Below are positions 1 through 10,700 of a stretch of 64,000 nt of DNA, one piece after another. The stretch is from Eledone cirrhosa (taxonomy: Eukaryota), in contig OZ024764.1 of NCBI GenBank assembly GCA_964016885.1, positions 7,254,001 through 7,318,000 of the forward strand. The letters run 5' to 3'. Position 1 is the first letter of the stretch. The number at the start of each line of letters is the position of its first letter. A program made the translations under genes and the position numbers. Below the pieces are notes generated by a model. It was not told where the DNA came from, did no database searches, and saw only the letters and a program-made list of their open reading frames with translations.

Positions 1-322
1 GTTCTAACTAGGGTATAGACCCTACCACGAAAGGTAAACCACATTGTATATATATATATATATATATAAGTTGTTTACTCCATGATACAAATGTGTTAGT
101 ATTAATAGGTTAGTTAAAATATCTGTAAAAATAATATTTACCTAAGTAATTAATACAAAATCAAATTAATTGAAGTGGCAGAATTGTCAGTGTTTCAATT
201 CATATATGTATTATAGATATTAAGCCAGATGTGTGTCTATAACTCTCTTTACGGTTTGTAGTTAAACTTGGGGTGAATAGAATTAAATTTCTCTCTTCAT
301 GGAAACATATATTTATATATAT

Positions 323-668
323 GGAGGCACATGGCTTAGTGGTTCGAGCATTGGCCTTGCAATCAAAAGGCTGTGAGTTCAATTCTCAAACCGGATGATG
401 TGTTGTTTCCTTGAGCAAGACACTTTATTTCACATTGCTCCAGTTTACTCAGCTGTAGAAATGAGATGATAGGGACTGGGGTCCCTATCATTCCACTGCA
501 AAGTGGTCGTGGAGGTGCCACGGCAAAAAAGCACCCAGCACTCACTGTAAATGAGGTTGGTGTTAGGAAGGGCATCCAGCTGTAGAAATCAAGCCAAAAA
601 ATCAGTTCCCGTCCCACCCTTGCAAGCAGGGAAAAGCGGACGTAAAATGATGATGATGATGATGATGA
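323..668 (+). mobile_element. tRNA-derived SINE with an RTE-LINE-type 3' end and (ATG)n tail
   Basis: A-box-like 'tggcttagtgg' and B-box-like 'gagttcaattc', central 'ccttgagcaagacactt' core. The 3' part matches the reverse complement of the LINE 3' UTR at ~6750-6930 and ends 'gacgtaaaatgatgatgat'. Confidence 0.75.
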
Positions 669-676
669 TATATATA

Positions 677-946
677 TCATTAACTGTTATAAGGGTAAAG
701 GAGATGCCCTAGATAGGAGTAACTATAGAGGCATTAAATTAATCGGAGAGAGAATTGATCTAGATGAAATGCAGTTCGGGTTTGTGTCAGGCAAAAGTAC
801 CACAGACGCTCTTTTCATTGTACGACAACTACAGGAGAAGTACCTAGCTAAAAGTAAACCCCTATACTTAGCTTTTATCGACTTGGAGAAAGCCTTCGAC
901 AGAGTCTCCCGTTCCATTATCTGGTGGGCTCTTAGAAAACTAGGTT
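677..946 (+). mobile_element. RTE-clade LINE reverse transcriptase fragment (internally deleted)
   Basis: Manual translation gives YKGKGDALDRSNYRGIKL...DEMQFGFVSGKSTTDALFIVRQLQEKYLAKSKPLYLAFIDLEKAFDRV, matching ORF 44907-45470. Confidence 0.85.
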
Positions 947-1071
947 GACTTTGCCTTTCATCCTTATGGGGTCGATAAAATAAAGTACCAGTAATGTACT
1001 GGGGTTGATTTAATCGACTTTCCCCTCCCGCAAAATTGCTGGCCTTGTGCCTATATAAGAAACAATTATTA
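943..1071 (+). mobile_element. 5'-truncated SINE of the 'ctttgcctttcatcc...gataaaataaagtaccag' family
   Basis: The same core occurs at ~3222, 3380, 5733, 42500, 42639 and, on the minus strand, ~46910 and 61685; (ATT)n tail. Confidence 0.8.
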
Positions 1072-1412
1072 TGGAATTTTTCATTGTTCTTTTATTACAT
1101 CCCCTGTTTTTGGGGGGTTTTTTACATGCAGAAATGCCCATTCGTACGGTCCTGTATTGTCCTGTATTGTCCTTAATGTCTACTTTGTCTAAACCCTTGT
1201 GGTTAATAAATAAAGCATTATTATTATTATTATTATTCTGGCCTTGTGCCAAAAAGTAGAAACAATTATTATTATTCGTTATTATTATTATTGTTAAACT
1301 AATATCTAATATATACACACACATACATATATATGATCAACAAATATATGTTAGTATTTTTAGAGAAATTAAAATATTGATCACAATATATCTTACCTTC
1401 AGGCGAGAAATT

Positions 1413-2025
1413 CAGTTTGATATGTCCAGGTACAAGTGAGGTGTAAGAATGACACAACTTACTCAGACACGAGCTTTCAAACAGTTTGATATGTCCAGGT
1501 ACAAGTGAGGTGTAAGAATGACACAACTTACTCAGACACGAGCTTTCAAACAGTTTGATATGTCCAGGTACAAGTGAGGTGTAAGAATGACACAACTTAC
1601 TTTCAAACAGTTTGATATGTCCAGGTACAAGTGAGGTGTAAGAATGACACAACTTACTTTCAAACAGTTTGATATGTCCAGGTACAAGTGAGGTGTAAGA
1701 ATGACACAACTTACTTTCAAACAGTTTGATATGTCCAGGTACAAGTGAGGTGTAAGAATGACACAACTTACTTTCAAACAGTTTGATATGTCCAGGTACA
1801 AGTGAGGTGTAAGAATGACACAACTTACTTTCAAACAGTTTGATATGTCCAGGTACAAGTGAGGTGTAAGAATGACACAACTTACTTTCAAACAGTTTGA
1901 TATGTCCAGGTGCAAGTGAGGTGTAAGAATGACACAACTTACTCAGACACGAGCTTTCAAACAGTTTGATATGTCCATGTACAAGTAAGAATGACACAAT
2001 TTACTCAGTCACTAGCTTTTAAACA
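1413..2025. repeat. 57-bp minisatellite (with 69-bp variants), ~10 units
   Basis: Unit cagtttgatatgtccaggtacaagtgaggtgtaagaatgacacaacttactttcaaa; some units carry a 12-bp insert cagacacgagct. Confidence 0.97.
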
Positions 2026-2192
2026 GAAGATTGCTTCCCGCCCCACTTCATTGTAATACAGTAACACTCCTCACTTGTTCATATTACGAAGTAAATGACT
2101 TAACAATTTGAGGTATGTTGGGTCACCGTGTCATACATAAATATTTCTGGCTTGGTTTCTACACCTTTGATGCCCACCCCAACACCACACAC

Positions 2193-3120
2193 ATTACAGT
2201 GTGGAATGGGTGTTTTTTTTCGTGAACCCTACATGAACACTTTACAGTTTGGACTGGGTGTTTTTTGTTGTGGCCCCTACATGACCACATTATAGTGTGG
2301 ACTGGGTGTTTTTTGTTGTGGCCCCTACATGAACACATTATAGTGTGGACTGGGTGTTTTTTGTTGTGGCCCCTACATGGCCACATTATATTGTGGACTG
2401 GGTGTGTTTTTTTCGTGTTCCCTACATGAATACTTTACAGTGTGGACTGGGTGTTTTTTTTTCATGAACCCTACACAACCACTTTACAGTTTGAACTGGG
2501 TGTTTTTTGTTGTGGCCCCTACTTTACAGTGTGAACTGGGTGTGTTTTTTTTCGTGACCCCTACATGACCACTTTACAGTGTGGACTGGGTGTTTTTTGT
2601 TGAGACACCTACAAAACCATTTTACAGTGTGGACTGGGTGTTTTTTGTTGTGACACCTACACGACCACTTTACAGTGTGGACTGGGTACTTTTTGTTGTG
2701 GTCCCTACATGACCACTTTACAGTGTGGGGATGGGTACTTTTTATTGTGACACCTACTTGACTACTTTACAGTGTCGACTGGGTACTTTTTGTTGTGACC
2801 CCTACATGACAGTGTACAGTGTGGACTGGGTACTTTTTGTTGTGACACCTACATGACCACTTTACAGTGTGGACTGGGTATTTTTTGTTCTGGTCCCTAC
2901 ATGACCACTCTACAGTGTGGACTGGGTACTGTTTGTTGTGGCCCCTACATGACCACTCTACAGTGTGGACTGGGTACTTTTTGTTCTGGTCCCTACATGA
3001 CCACTTTACAGTGTGGACTGGGTACTTTTTGTTGTGGCCCCTACATGACCACTTTACAGTGTGGACTGGGTACTTTTTGTTGTGGCCCCTACATGACCAC
3101 TCTACAGTGTGGACTGGGGT
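2193..3120. repeat. ~48-bp minisatellite derived from the RTE-LINE 3' UTR, ~19 units
   Basis: Unit gaccactttacagtgtggactgggtactttttgttgtggcccctacat, similar to the LINE 3' UTR at 6905-6998. Confidence 0.93.
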
Positions 3121-3221
3121 AGCAGTTCATCAGATTTGTTAATCATGCTAAAAACAAAATGTCTTCACATATATAATTCATAGCCTTTCAATAATATTAT
3201 CATGTTCAACTATCTTTGCAG

Positions 3222-3540
3222 GGAATTCCTGCTGAGGTTACCTTTGCCTTTCATCTTTCCAGGGTCAATAAAATAAAGTACCAGTAATTCACTGCGGTCA
3301 ATTGACTTCCCCTCCCATCAAAATTGTTGGCCTTGTGCCGAAATCAGTAACCATCATTATTATTATTATTATTATTTATGTTCAAATTCCGCTGAGGTTA
3401 TCTTTTACCTTTACAGGGTTGATAAAATAAAGTACCAGTAATGTACTGGGGGAGATTTAATTAACATTCCCCTCCCTCCCCAAAATTGTTGTCCTTGTGG
3501 CTAAATCACAAACCATTGTTGTTATTATTATTATTATTAC
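3222..3540 (+). mobile_element. Two tandem truncated SINE copies
   Basis: Two 'gaggtta..ttt..ctttc..ataaaataaagtaccagtaa..ccttgtg' cores, each followed by (ATT)n. Confidence 0.75.
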
Positions 3541-4089
3541 TTTTATATAAAACTAGTAAAAGAAGTGAGTGTGAGTGAGAGGGTTGAGAGAGTATGAGTG
3601 GAAGTGGTGAGTACCATCAAAGTGGAGTGGAGGTGGAGTAGAGGCTGTAGGTTGGGGTGATGTGGGTGACAAAGCAACATAATATTAGACAACAATTAAT
3701 CAATATTAACCCTTTAATGTTCAAACTAGCCAAAACCGGCCAGAATTCTCTACCTCTTTCTGTTGAAACTGGCTGTAACTGGTCACTCAAACTGATGTTA
3801 CGGTATTGTTCTCAAAATAAATACTTTCAAAATCTCATAGATTCAATATTATGTGAGATAATTATGCGAGGTAAAGCCTTTACCATGAAAATATAATAGT
3901 ATGTAGGGTAATGTAAATGCTAAAGAGTTAAAACAATAATGCTGACAATATAAACAAGAGGAGGAGGAGAAAACAAAGATGGCGGTACAGTTTGGGAGGT
4001 GTATGGAAGGGTAAGAGAGGATAGTGGTTAAGTGGTGCCTACTAGATGTATGCTTCAATCCATGCCCATGGGAAGGTGGCACTTCTCTA

Positions 4090-5387
4090 TGAGGGGGCGA
4101 TCAAAAAGTTCGCGGAATTTTATCGTAGCAAGAAAAAAATCAGGTTAAAACAATATTAAACATGTCAGAACATTGTCACTGGGTGTTTACCTTGCAGTCA
4201 GTCATGCGCGGACTATTGTACAGTACTGACATTCTTTAAAAAACCTCATTTTGGAACAATGGAAAATAGTTATTTTGAGATAAGATCGAATATCAAGTTT
4301 CTGGTGAAACTCAAATGGAAAGGGACACAGATTATGGAGGCTTTAGTTGAAGTTTACGGTACTACTGCTTCAAAGAAAACTGCTGTCTACAAGGGGATTC
4401 AGCGATTCAAACGAGAGACGACCTTGAAGACGATCATCACAGTGGAAGACCAGGAACATCAAATAATGACCAAAACGTTGAGGCTGCTCAGACTTTAATT
4501 GAAGAAGAGCGAAGAATAACAGCTAATCAGTTAGCTAAGTCCCTAGACATTTCATATGGTTCGGCAAATTCAATTCTGTACGATAATTTGGGACTAAGCA
4601 AGCTTTCAGCGCGATGGGTTCCAAAAGCGTTGCGCCCTGATCAGCTGATTCTTCGAAGTGATCTGTCTTTGGCGATATTAAACAAAATTGAAGTTGATGA
4701 AGAGCATTTCCTGACCAGAATCATCACCGGAGATGAAACCTGGATCTACCAGTATGATCCTGAATCCAAAAAGCAGTCAAAACAGTGGCTTCTACGTGGA
4801 TCATCGGGGCCAATCAAGTTCAAATCTCAAAAGTCGGATCAAAATGTGATGGCCACCATTTTCTGGGATTCAGATGGGGTGATACTAATAGATTATCTTG
4901 AAGGTCAAAGAACTGTGACAGGAGCTTACTATGCAAATGTTTTAAGGAAGCTGAAAGAGGCATTAGTCAAAAAACGAAAAGGGAAACTTCATGGTGGGAT
5001 CTTGCTTCACCGTGACAATGCACCAGCGCATTCTGCGCAGGTTCCAAAAGAAGTTCTTCGAGAATTTCGATGGGAAGTGCTTCCTCACCCACCTTATAGT
5101 CCAGATTTATCCCCATCAGACTTTTTCCTCTTTCCAAAACTCAAAGAAATGCTAAAAGGAACCCATTTTTAGTGGTGTTGAAGAAGCTAAAAACACTGCC
5201 AACACATGGCTTCGAACAAGGCCTTCAACTTTCTTTAGAGACGGCTTACAAAGCTGGAAGCATCGCCTTGTGAAGTGTATTGACCTGGATGGCAACTATG
5301 TAGAAAAATAAATTGAAGGTAAATCATATTTTTTGAAAAATAGATTATTTTCTGAAAAATTCCGCAAAATTTTTGATCCCCCCTACA
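4090..5387 (+). mobile_element. Full-length mariner (DD34D) DNA transposon, non-functional
   Basis: Imperfect ~30-bp TIRs (tgagggggcgatcaaaaagttcgcggaattt / aaattccgcaaaatttttgatcccccctaca), TA on both flanks, ~1.3 kb long. Confidence 0.93.
4259..5312 (+). pseudogene. Mariner transposase, frameshifted
   Basis: WVPKAL, ITGDETW, H[R]DNAPAH and YSPDLSPSD motifs; 34 residues between the 2nd and 3rd Asp. Split into ORFs 4259-4498 and 4588-5172, with the C-terminus (GNYVEK*) in another frame. Confidence 0.93.
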
Positions 5388-5603
5388 TAACATCAAAGTC
5401 CTCGATCTTGTGTCATTATCTTTGTGCAAGGTCAGCTTTTATCACATCATCCCATGGAAAAACCCAAAACATAACATGGCGATGGACATGTTTATAATAT
5501 CTCCGAATATTTAAAGGTTAAACTGTTCATGAATGTGTAGCCAATATTTTGCATTTGTACGGACTCTGATAATCCCTTTTTGTGATATTTCTAAGAACAA
5601 AAT

Positions 5604-5710
5604 TTCCCTCTGAAGAGTCTAATAGGTACATTTCTACAATAGGATGTAAACCTCATGTATCCACCTGTTGAATTATTAATGTACTTAACGACAAAACACT
5701 GTGTAAGGAA
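5604..5710 (+). ncRNA. Degenerate type I hammerhead-like motif (extended stem II, GAAA>AAAA)
   Basis: TTCCCT-CTGAAGA-GTC...GAC-AAAA-CACTGTG-TA-AGGAA. Confidence 0.45.
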
Positions 5711-5732
5711 TACATTCTGTTATTGTCTTAAG

Positions 5733-5926
5733 AGTGGTAGATTGGCAGTATCAGTAGAGGGTCGGACACCATGCTTTGACGCGTAGAGTTATGACCCGTT
5801 ATGATCTGAGTTCAAATCCCACTGAGGTTAACTTTGCCTTTCATCCTTACGGGTTCGATAAAATAAAGTACCAGTAATACACTGGGATAATTGCTGGCCT
5901 TGTGCCAAAAGTAGAAACAATTATTA
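5733..5926 (+). mobile_element. Near full-length tRNA-derived SINE
   Basis: 'ttggcagtatcagtagag' head, 'gagttcaaatccc' B-box and the family core; matches 42639-42830. Confidence 0.8.
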
Positions 5927-6149
5927 AATGTCTTGCTTTCTCCACTGTACTGTATATTTCTGCATATACACACTCTGCTTATTCTCTGCACTCAAACTCT
6001 CCTTAAATATTAACTCCACTATAATATTTAATCTCACCTTTTTAAGCATTGAGCATGCTTCGGTTTGTCTAAGGCTTCTAACATATTACATCATAGTTCC
6101 TTCCCCTCTGTTCTTATGATCTATGACTCTTATTTTGATATCTATATAT

Positions 6150-6600
6150 ATATATATAGTGACGAAACATATGTCAATTGCATGAACTCATAATCCTTTA
6201 TTTACTGCTATATATATATTTCGATGATAGCCATTGAATGGCTATGACCTCATCAGGCAGTTAGTTAGTTCTTAGATATGTCAGCTCTGTGTTTATAGTG
6301 TTGATGGTATCAGAGCCTTGGGACATATGAGCTTGTTAGGAATAATTTAATGTTGTCAGCAGGAATAATCTTAATTCTCATTGGTCAGTTTGTAGATGCT
6401 AGTAGGGTTGGTATTTAACCTCAAAGAGGCAGGTGGTGTTGTAAAGTTCAATCCGTCAGGCAAGATGACAATAGTTCCATATGACTGATTTTCACAAAAA
6501 CCATCCCTGGTCAGATATATATTCAATTGGGGTTTATAATATGAAATTCGATACTACAGGTCATTCTTAAATTGAGGAATTTATGTGAAAATTATGGTTA
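6150..6600 (-). mobile_element. Penelope-like element 3' remnant (pLTR)
   Basis: Lies between TA runs; a decayed frame RDGFCENQSYGTIVILPDGLNF resembles the P-x-GLN C-terminus of PLE GIY-YIG domains and is followed by the hammerhead. Confidence 0.55.
6204..6261 (-). ncRNA. Type I minimal hammerhead ribozyme motif
   Basis: Minus strand: ACTGC-CTGATGA-GGTCATAGCCATT-C-AATGGCTATCATC-GAAA-TATATATA-TA-GCAGT; perfect stem I, long stem II, palindromic stem III. Confidence 0.8.
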
Positions 6601-6746
6601 TATATATATATATATACATATACACACACACATATCATCATCATCATATATATGCACACATTACTCACTCAACGAATTATGGAATGAACTAGTAAGGAAC
6701 AAAACCTGTCTCAGTGGTTACCAAGTGTGTGTATGTATGTATATAT

Positions 6747-7361
6747 CATCATCACCGTTTTACGTCCGTTCTTCCACTCTAGCATGGGTTAGACGAGTTG
6801 TCCTGTTGTGGGCAGTGTCTGGTCGGCTGACCATGCCTTGCTCATACAGGAACTGATCTGGCTTGATTTCTACAGCTGGATGCCCTTCCTAACACCAACC
6901 TCATTTACAGTGAGTGCTGGGTGCTTTTTCGTGGCGCCTACACGTCCACTTTACAGTGTGGGCTGGGTGCTTTTTTGCCGTGGCACCTCCACGACCACCT
7001 TGCAGTGGGGGGGAGGGGCATATTGTCTATATGCTTCAGCTTATACCCATGGGAGGTCGGGTACTCTGTATTACTGCGTGACGCCAGAAGTCACGGTCGT
7101 GTGTCATTGTCTTTGAGAGGTGTAATTGGGTAAGGTCGGCTTTTATCACCTCATCCCAGGTCATCTTGGGTCTCCCCACTCCGCAGTTTCTATCAACTTC
7201 TAGTGCTCTGCACCTTTTTATGCAGCTGTCATCCTTCATACGCATCACATGTCCATACCAGCGCAACCGCCTCTCCTGCACACAGCATTTGATTCCTCTT
7301 ATGCTCAGTCTCTCTCTCAATTCATTTATGCTTTGTCGTTCACATATATTACTGTTACACA
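6747..7361 (-). mobile_element. RTE LINE 3' end (C-terminal ORF, 3' UTR, (ATG)n tail)
   Basis: ORF 7036-7401 contains RRLRWYGHVMRM...GRPKMTW. Confidence 0.9.
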
Positions 7362-7526
7362 GTATATATATATATATATATATGTATAAACACACACACA
7401 CACATATATATATTTTACATTTTGTAAAATACCTTCCTACTTCAGGTGTTAAATTAGGTCAGTCATTACATTAGCAGATAACCGGATAGTAGTCATTCTA
7501 TTTGTAAAGTTTCTGGACAATGGCAT

Positions 7527-7702
7527 GGTGTTAACTTCAAGCAGTTGGGAGAGGTGTAACTTAAAGCAGTTGGGAGAGGTGTAAACTTGAAGCAGTTGGG
7601 AGAGGTGTAAACTTGAAGCAGTTGGGAGAGGTGTTAACTTAAAGCAGTTGGGAGAGGTGTTAACTTGAAGCAGTTGGGAGAGGTGTTAACTTGAGGCAGT
7701 TG
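7527..7702. repeat. 26-bp minisatellite, ~7 units
   Basis: Unit ttgggagaggtgttaacttgaagcag. Confidence 0.95.
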
Positions 7703-7710
7703 TAGTGTTT

Positions 7711-10700
7711 TCCTACCCTACAGTAACCTACCCTACAGTAACCTACCCTACAGTATCCTACCCTACAGTAACCTACCCTACAGTAACCTACCCTACAGTA
7801 ACCTACCCTACAGTAACCTACCCTACAGTAACCTACCCTACAGTATCCTACCCTACAGTAACCTACCCTACAGTAACCTACCCTACAGTATCCTACCCTA
7901 CAGTAACCTACCCTACAGTAACCTACCCTACAGTAACCTACCCTACAGTAACCTACCCTACAGTAACCTACCCTACAGTATCCTACCCTACAGTATCCTA
8001 CCCTACGGTAACCTACCCTACGGTAACCTACCCTACGGTAACCTACCCTACTGTAACCTACCCTACAGTAACCTACCCTACAGTATCCTACCCTACAGTA
8101 ACCTACCCTACAGTATCCTACCCTACAGTAACCTACCCTACAGTAACCTACCCTACAGTAACCTACCCTACAGTAACCTACCCTACAGTAACCTACCCTA
8201 CAGTAACCTACCCTACAGTAACCTACCCTACAGTATCCTACCCTACAGTAACCTACCCTACAGTATCCTACCCTACAGTATCCTACCCTACAGTAACCTA
8301 CCCTACAGTAACCTACCCTACAGTAACCTACCCTACAGTAACCTACCCTACAGTATCCTACCCTACAGTAACCTACCCTACAGTAACCTACCCTACAGTA
8401 TCCTACCCTACAGTAACCTACCCTACAGTAACCTACCCTACAGTAACCTACCCTACAGTATCCTACCCTACAGTAACCTACCCTACAGTATCCTACCCTA
8501 CAGTAACCTACCCTACAGTAACCTACCCTACAGTAACCTACCCTACAGTAACCTACCCTACAGTAACCTACCCTACAGTATCCTACCCTACAGTAACCTA
8601 CCCTACAGTATCCTACCCTACAGTATCCTACCCTACAGTATCCTACCCTACAGTATCCTACCCTACAGTAACCTACCCTATAGTAACCTACCCTACAGTA
8701 ACCTACCCTACAGTAACCTACCCTACAGTAACCTACCCTACAGTAACCTACCCTACAGTAACCTACCCTACAGTATCCTACCCTACAGTAACCTACCCTA
8801 CAGTAACCTACCCTACAGTAACCTACCCTACAGTAACCTACCCTACAGTAACCTACCCTACAGTAACCTACCCTACAGTAACCTACCCTACAGTATCCTA
8901 CCCTACAGTATCCTACCCTATAGTAACCTACCCTATGGTAACCTACCCTACAGTATCCTACCCTACAGTAACCTACTCTACAGTATCCTACCCTACAGTA
9001 ACCTACCCTACAGTAACCTACCCTACAGTAACCTACCCTACAGTATCCTACCCTACAGTATCCTACCCTACAGTATCCTACCCTATAGTAACCTACCCTA
9101 TGGTAACCTACCCTACAGTATCCTACCCTACAGTAACCTACCCTACAGTATCCTACCCTACAGTAACCTACCCTACAGTAACCTACCCTATAGTAACCTA
9201 CCCTAAGGTAACCTACCCTACAGTAACCTACCCTACAGTATCCTACCCTATGGTAACCTACCCTACAGTATCCTACCCTATAGTAAACTACCCTACAGTA
9301 TCCTACCCTACAGTATCCTACCCTACAGTATCCTACCCTATAGTAACCTACCCTATGGTAACCTACCCTACAGTAACCTACCCTACAGTATCCTACCCTA
9401 CAGTATCCTACCCTACAGTAACCTACCCTACAGTAACCTACCCTATAGTAACCTACCCTACAGTAACCTACCCTATAGTAACCTACCCTATGGTAACCTA
9501 CCCTACGGTAACCTACCCTACAGTAACCTACCCTACAGTATCCTACCCTACAGTAACCTACCCTACAGTAACCTACCCTACAGTAACCTACCCTATGGTA
9601 ACCTACCCTACAGTAACCTACCCTACAGTATCCTACCCTATGGTAACCTACCCTACAGTAACCTACCCTACAGTAACCTACCCTACAGTAACCTACCCTA
9701 CAGTATCCTACCCTATGGTAACCTACCCTACAGTAACCTACCCTACAGTATCCTACCCTATGGTAACCTACCCTACAGTAACCTACCCTACAGTAACCTA
9801 CCCTACAGTATCCTACCCTACAGTATCCTACCCTACAGTATCCTACCCTACAGTAACCTACCCTACAGTAACCTACCCTATAGTAACCTACCCTATGGTA
9901 ACCTACCCTACAGTAACCTACCCTACAGTAACCTACCCTACAGTAACCTACCCTACAGTAACCTACCCTATAGTAACCTACCCTACAGTAACCTACCCTA
10001 TAGTAACCTACCCTACAGTAACCTACCCTACAGTAACCTACCCTACAGTAACCTACCCTACAGTAACCTACCCTACAGTAACCTACCCTACAGTAACCTA
10101 CCCTACAGTAACCTACCCTACAGTATCCTACCCTACAGTATCCTACCCTACAGTAACCTACCCTATGGTAACCTACCCTACAGTAACCTACCCTACAGTA
10201 TCCTACCCTACAGTATCCTACCCTACAGTATCCTACCCTACAGTAACCTACCCTATAGTAACCTACCCTACAGTAACCTACCCTATAGTAACCTACCCTA
10301 CAGTAACCTACCCTATGGTAACCTACCCTATGGTAACCTACCCTACAGTATCCTACCCTACAGTAACCTACCCTACAGTATCCTACCCTACAGTAACCTA
10401 CCCTACAGTAACCTACCCTATAGTAACCTACCCTATAGTAACCTACCCTACAGTATCCTACCCTACAGTAACCTACCCTATAGTAACCTACCCTACAGTA
10501 ACCTACCCTACAGTATCCTACCCTACAGTAACCTACCCTACAGTAACCTACCCTATGGTAACCTACCCTACGGTAACCTACCCTACAGTAACCTACCCTA
10601 TAGTAACCTACCCTACAGTAACCTACCCTACAGTATCCTACCCTACAGTAACCTACCCTACAGTAACCTACCCTATGGTAACCTACCCTACAGTAACCTA

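Larger units (their letters stand above)
1..7702 (+). repeat. Segmental duplication, copy A (may extend left of the window)
   Basis: Base 1 'gttctaactagggtatagaccc' recurs at 52451. All features and ORFs are collinear, with the offset growing from 52450 to ~52720 through repeat-length changes. Identity ends inside the 26-bp array. Confidence 0.97.

Noticed and set aside
323-400. tRNA gene
   Set aside because: A/B boxes continue into a SINE core and tail; no complete cloverleaf.
1413-3120. CRISPR-like appearance of the 57-bp and 48-bp arrays
   Set aside because: No unique spacers, no cas genes, eukaryotic context.
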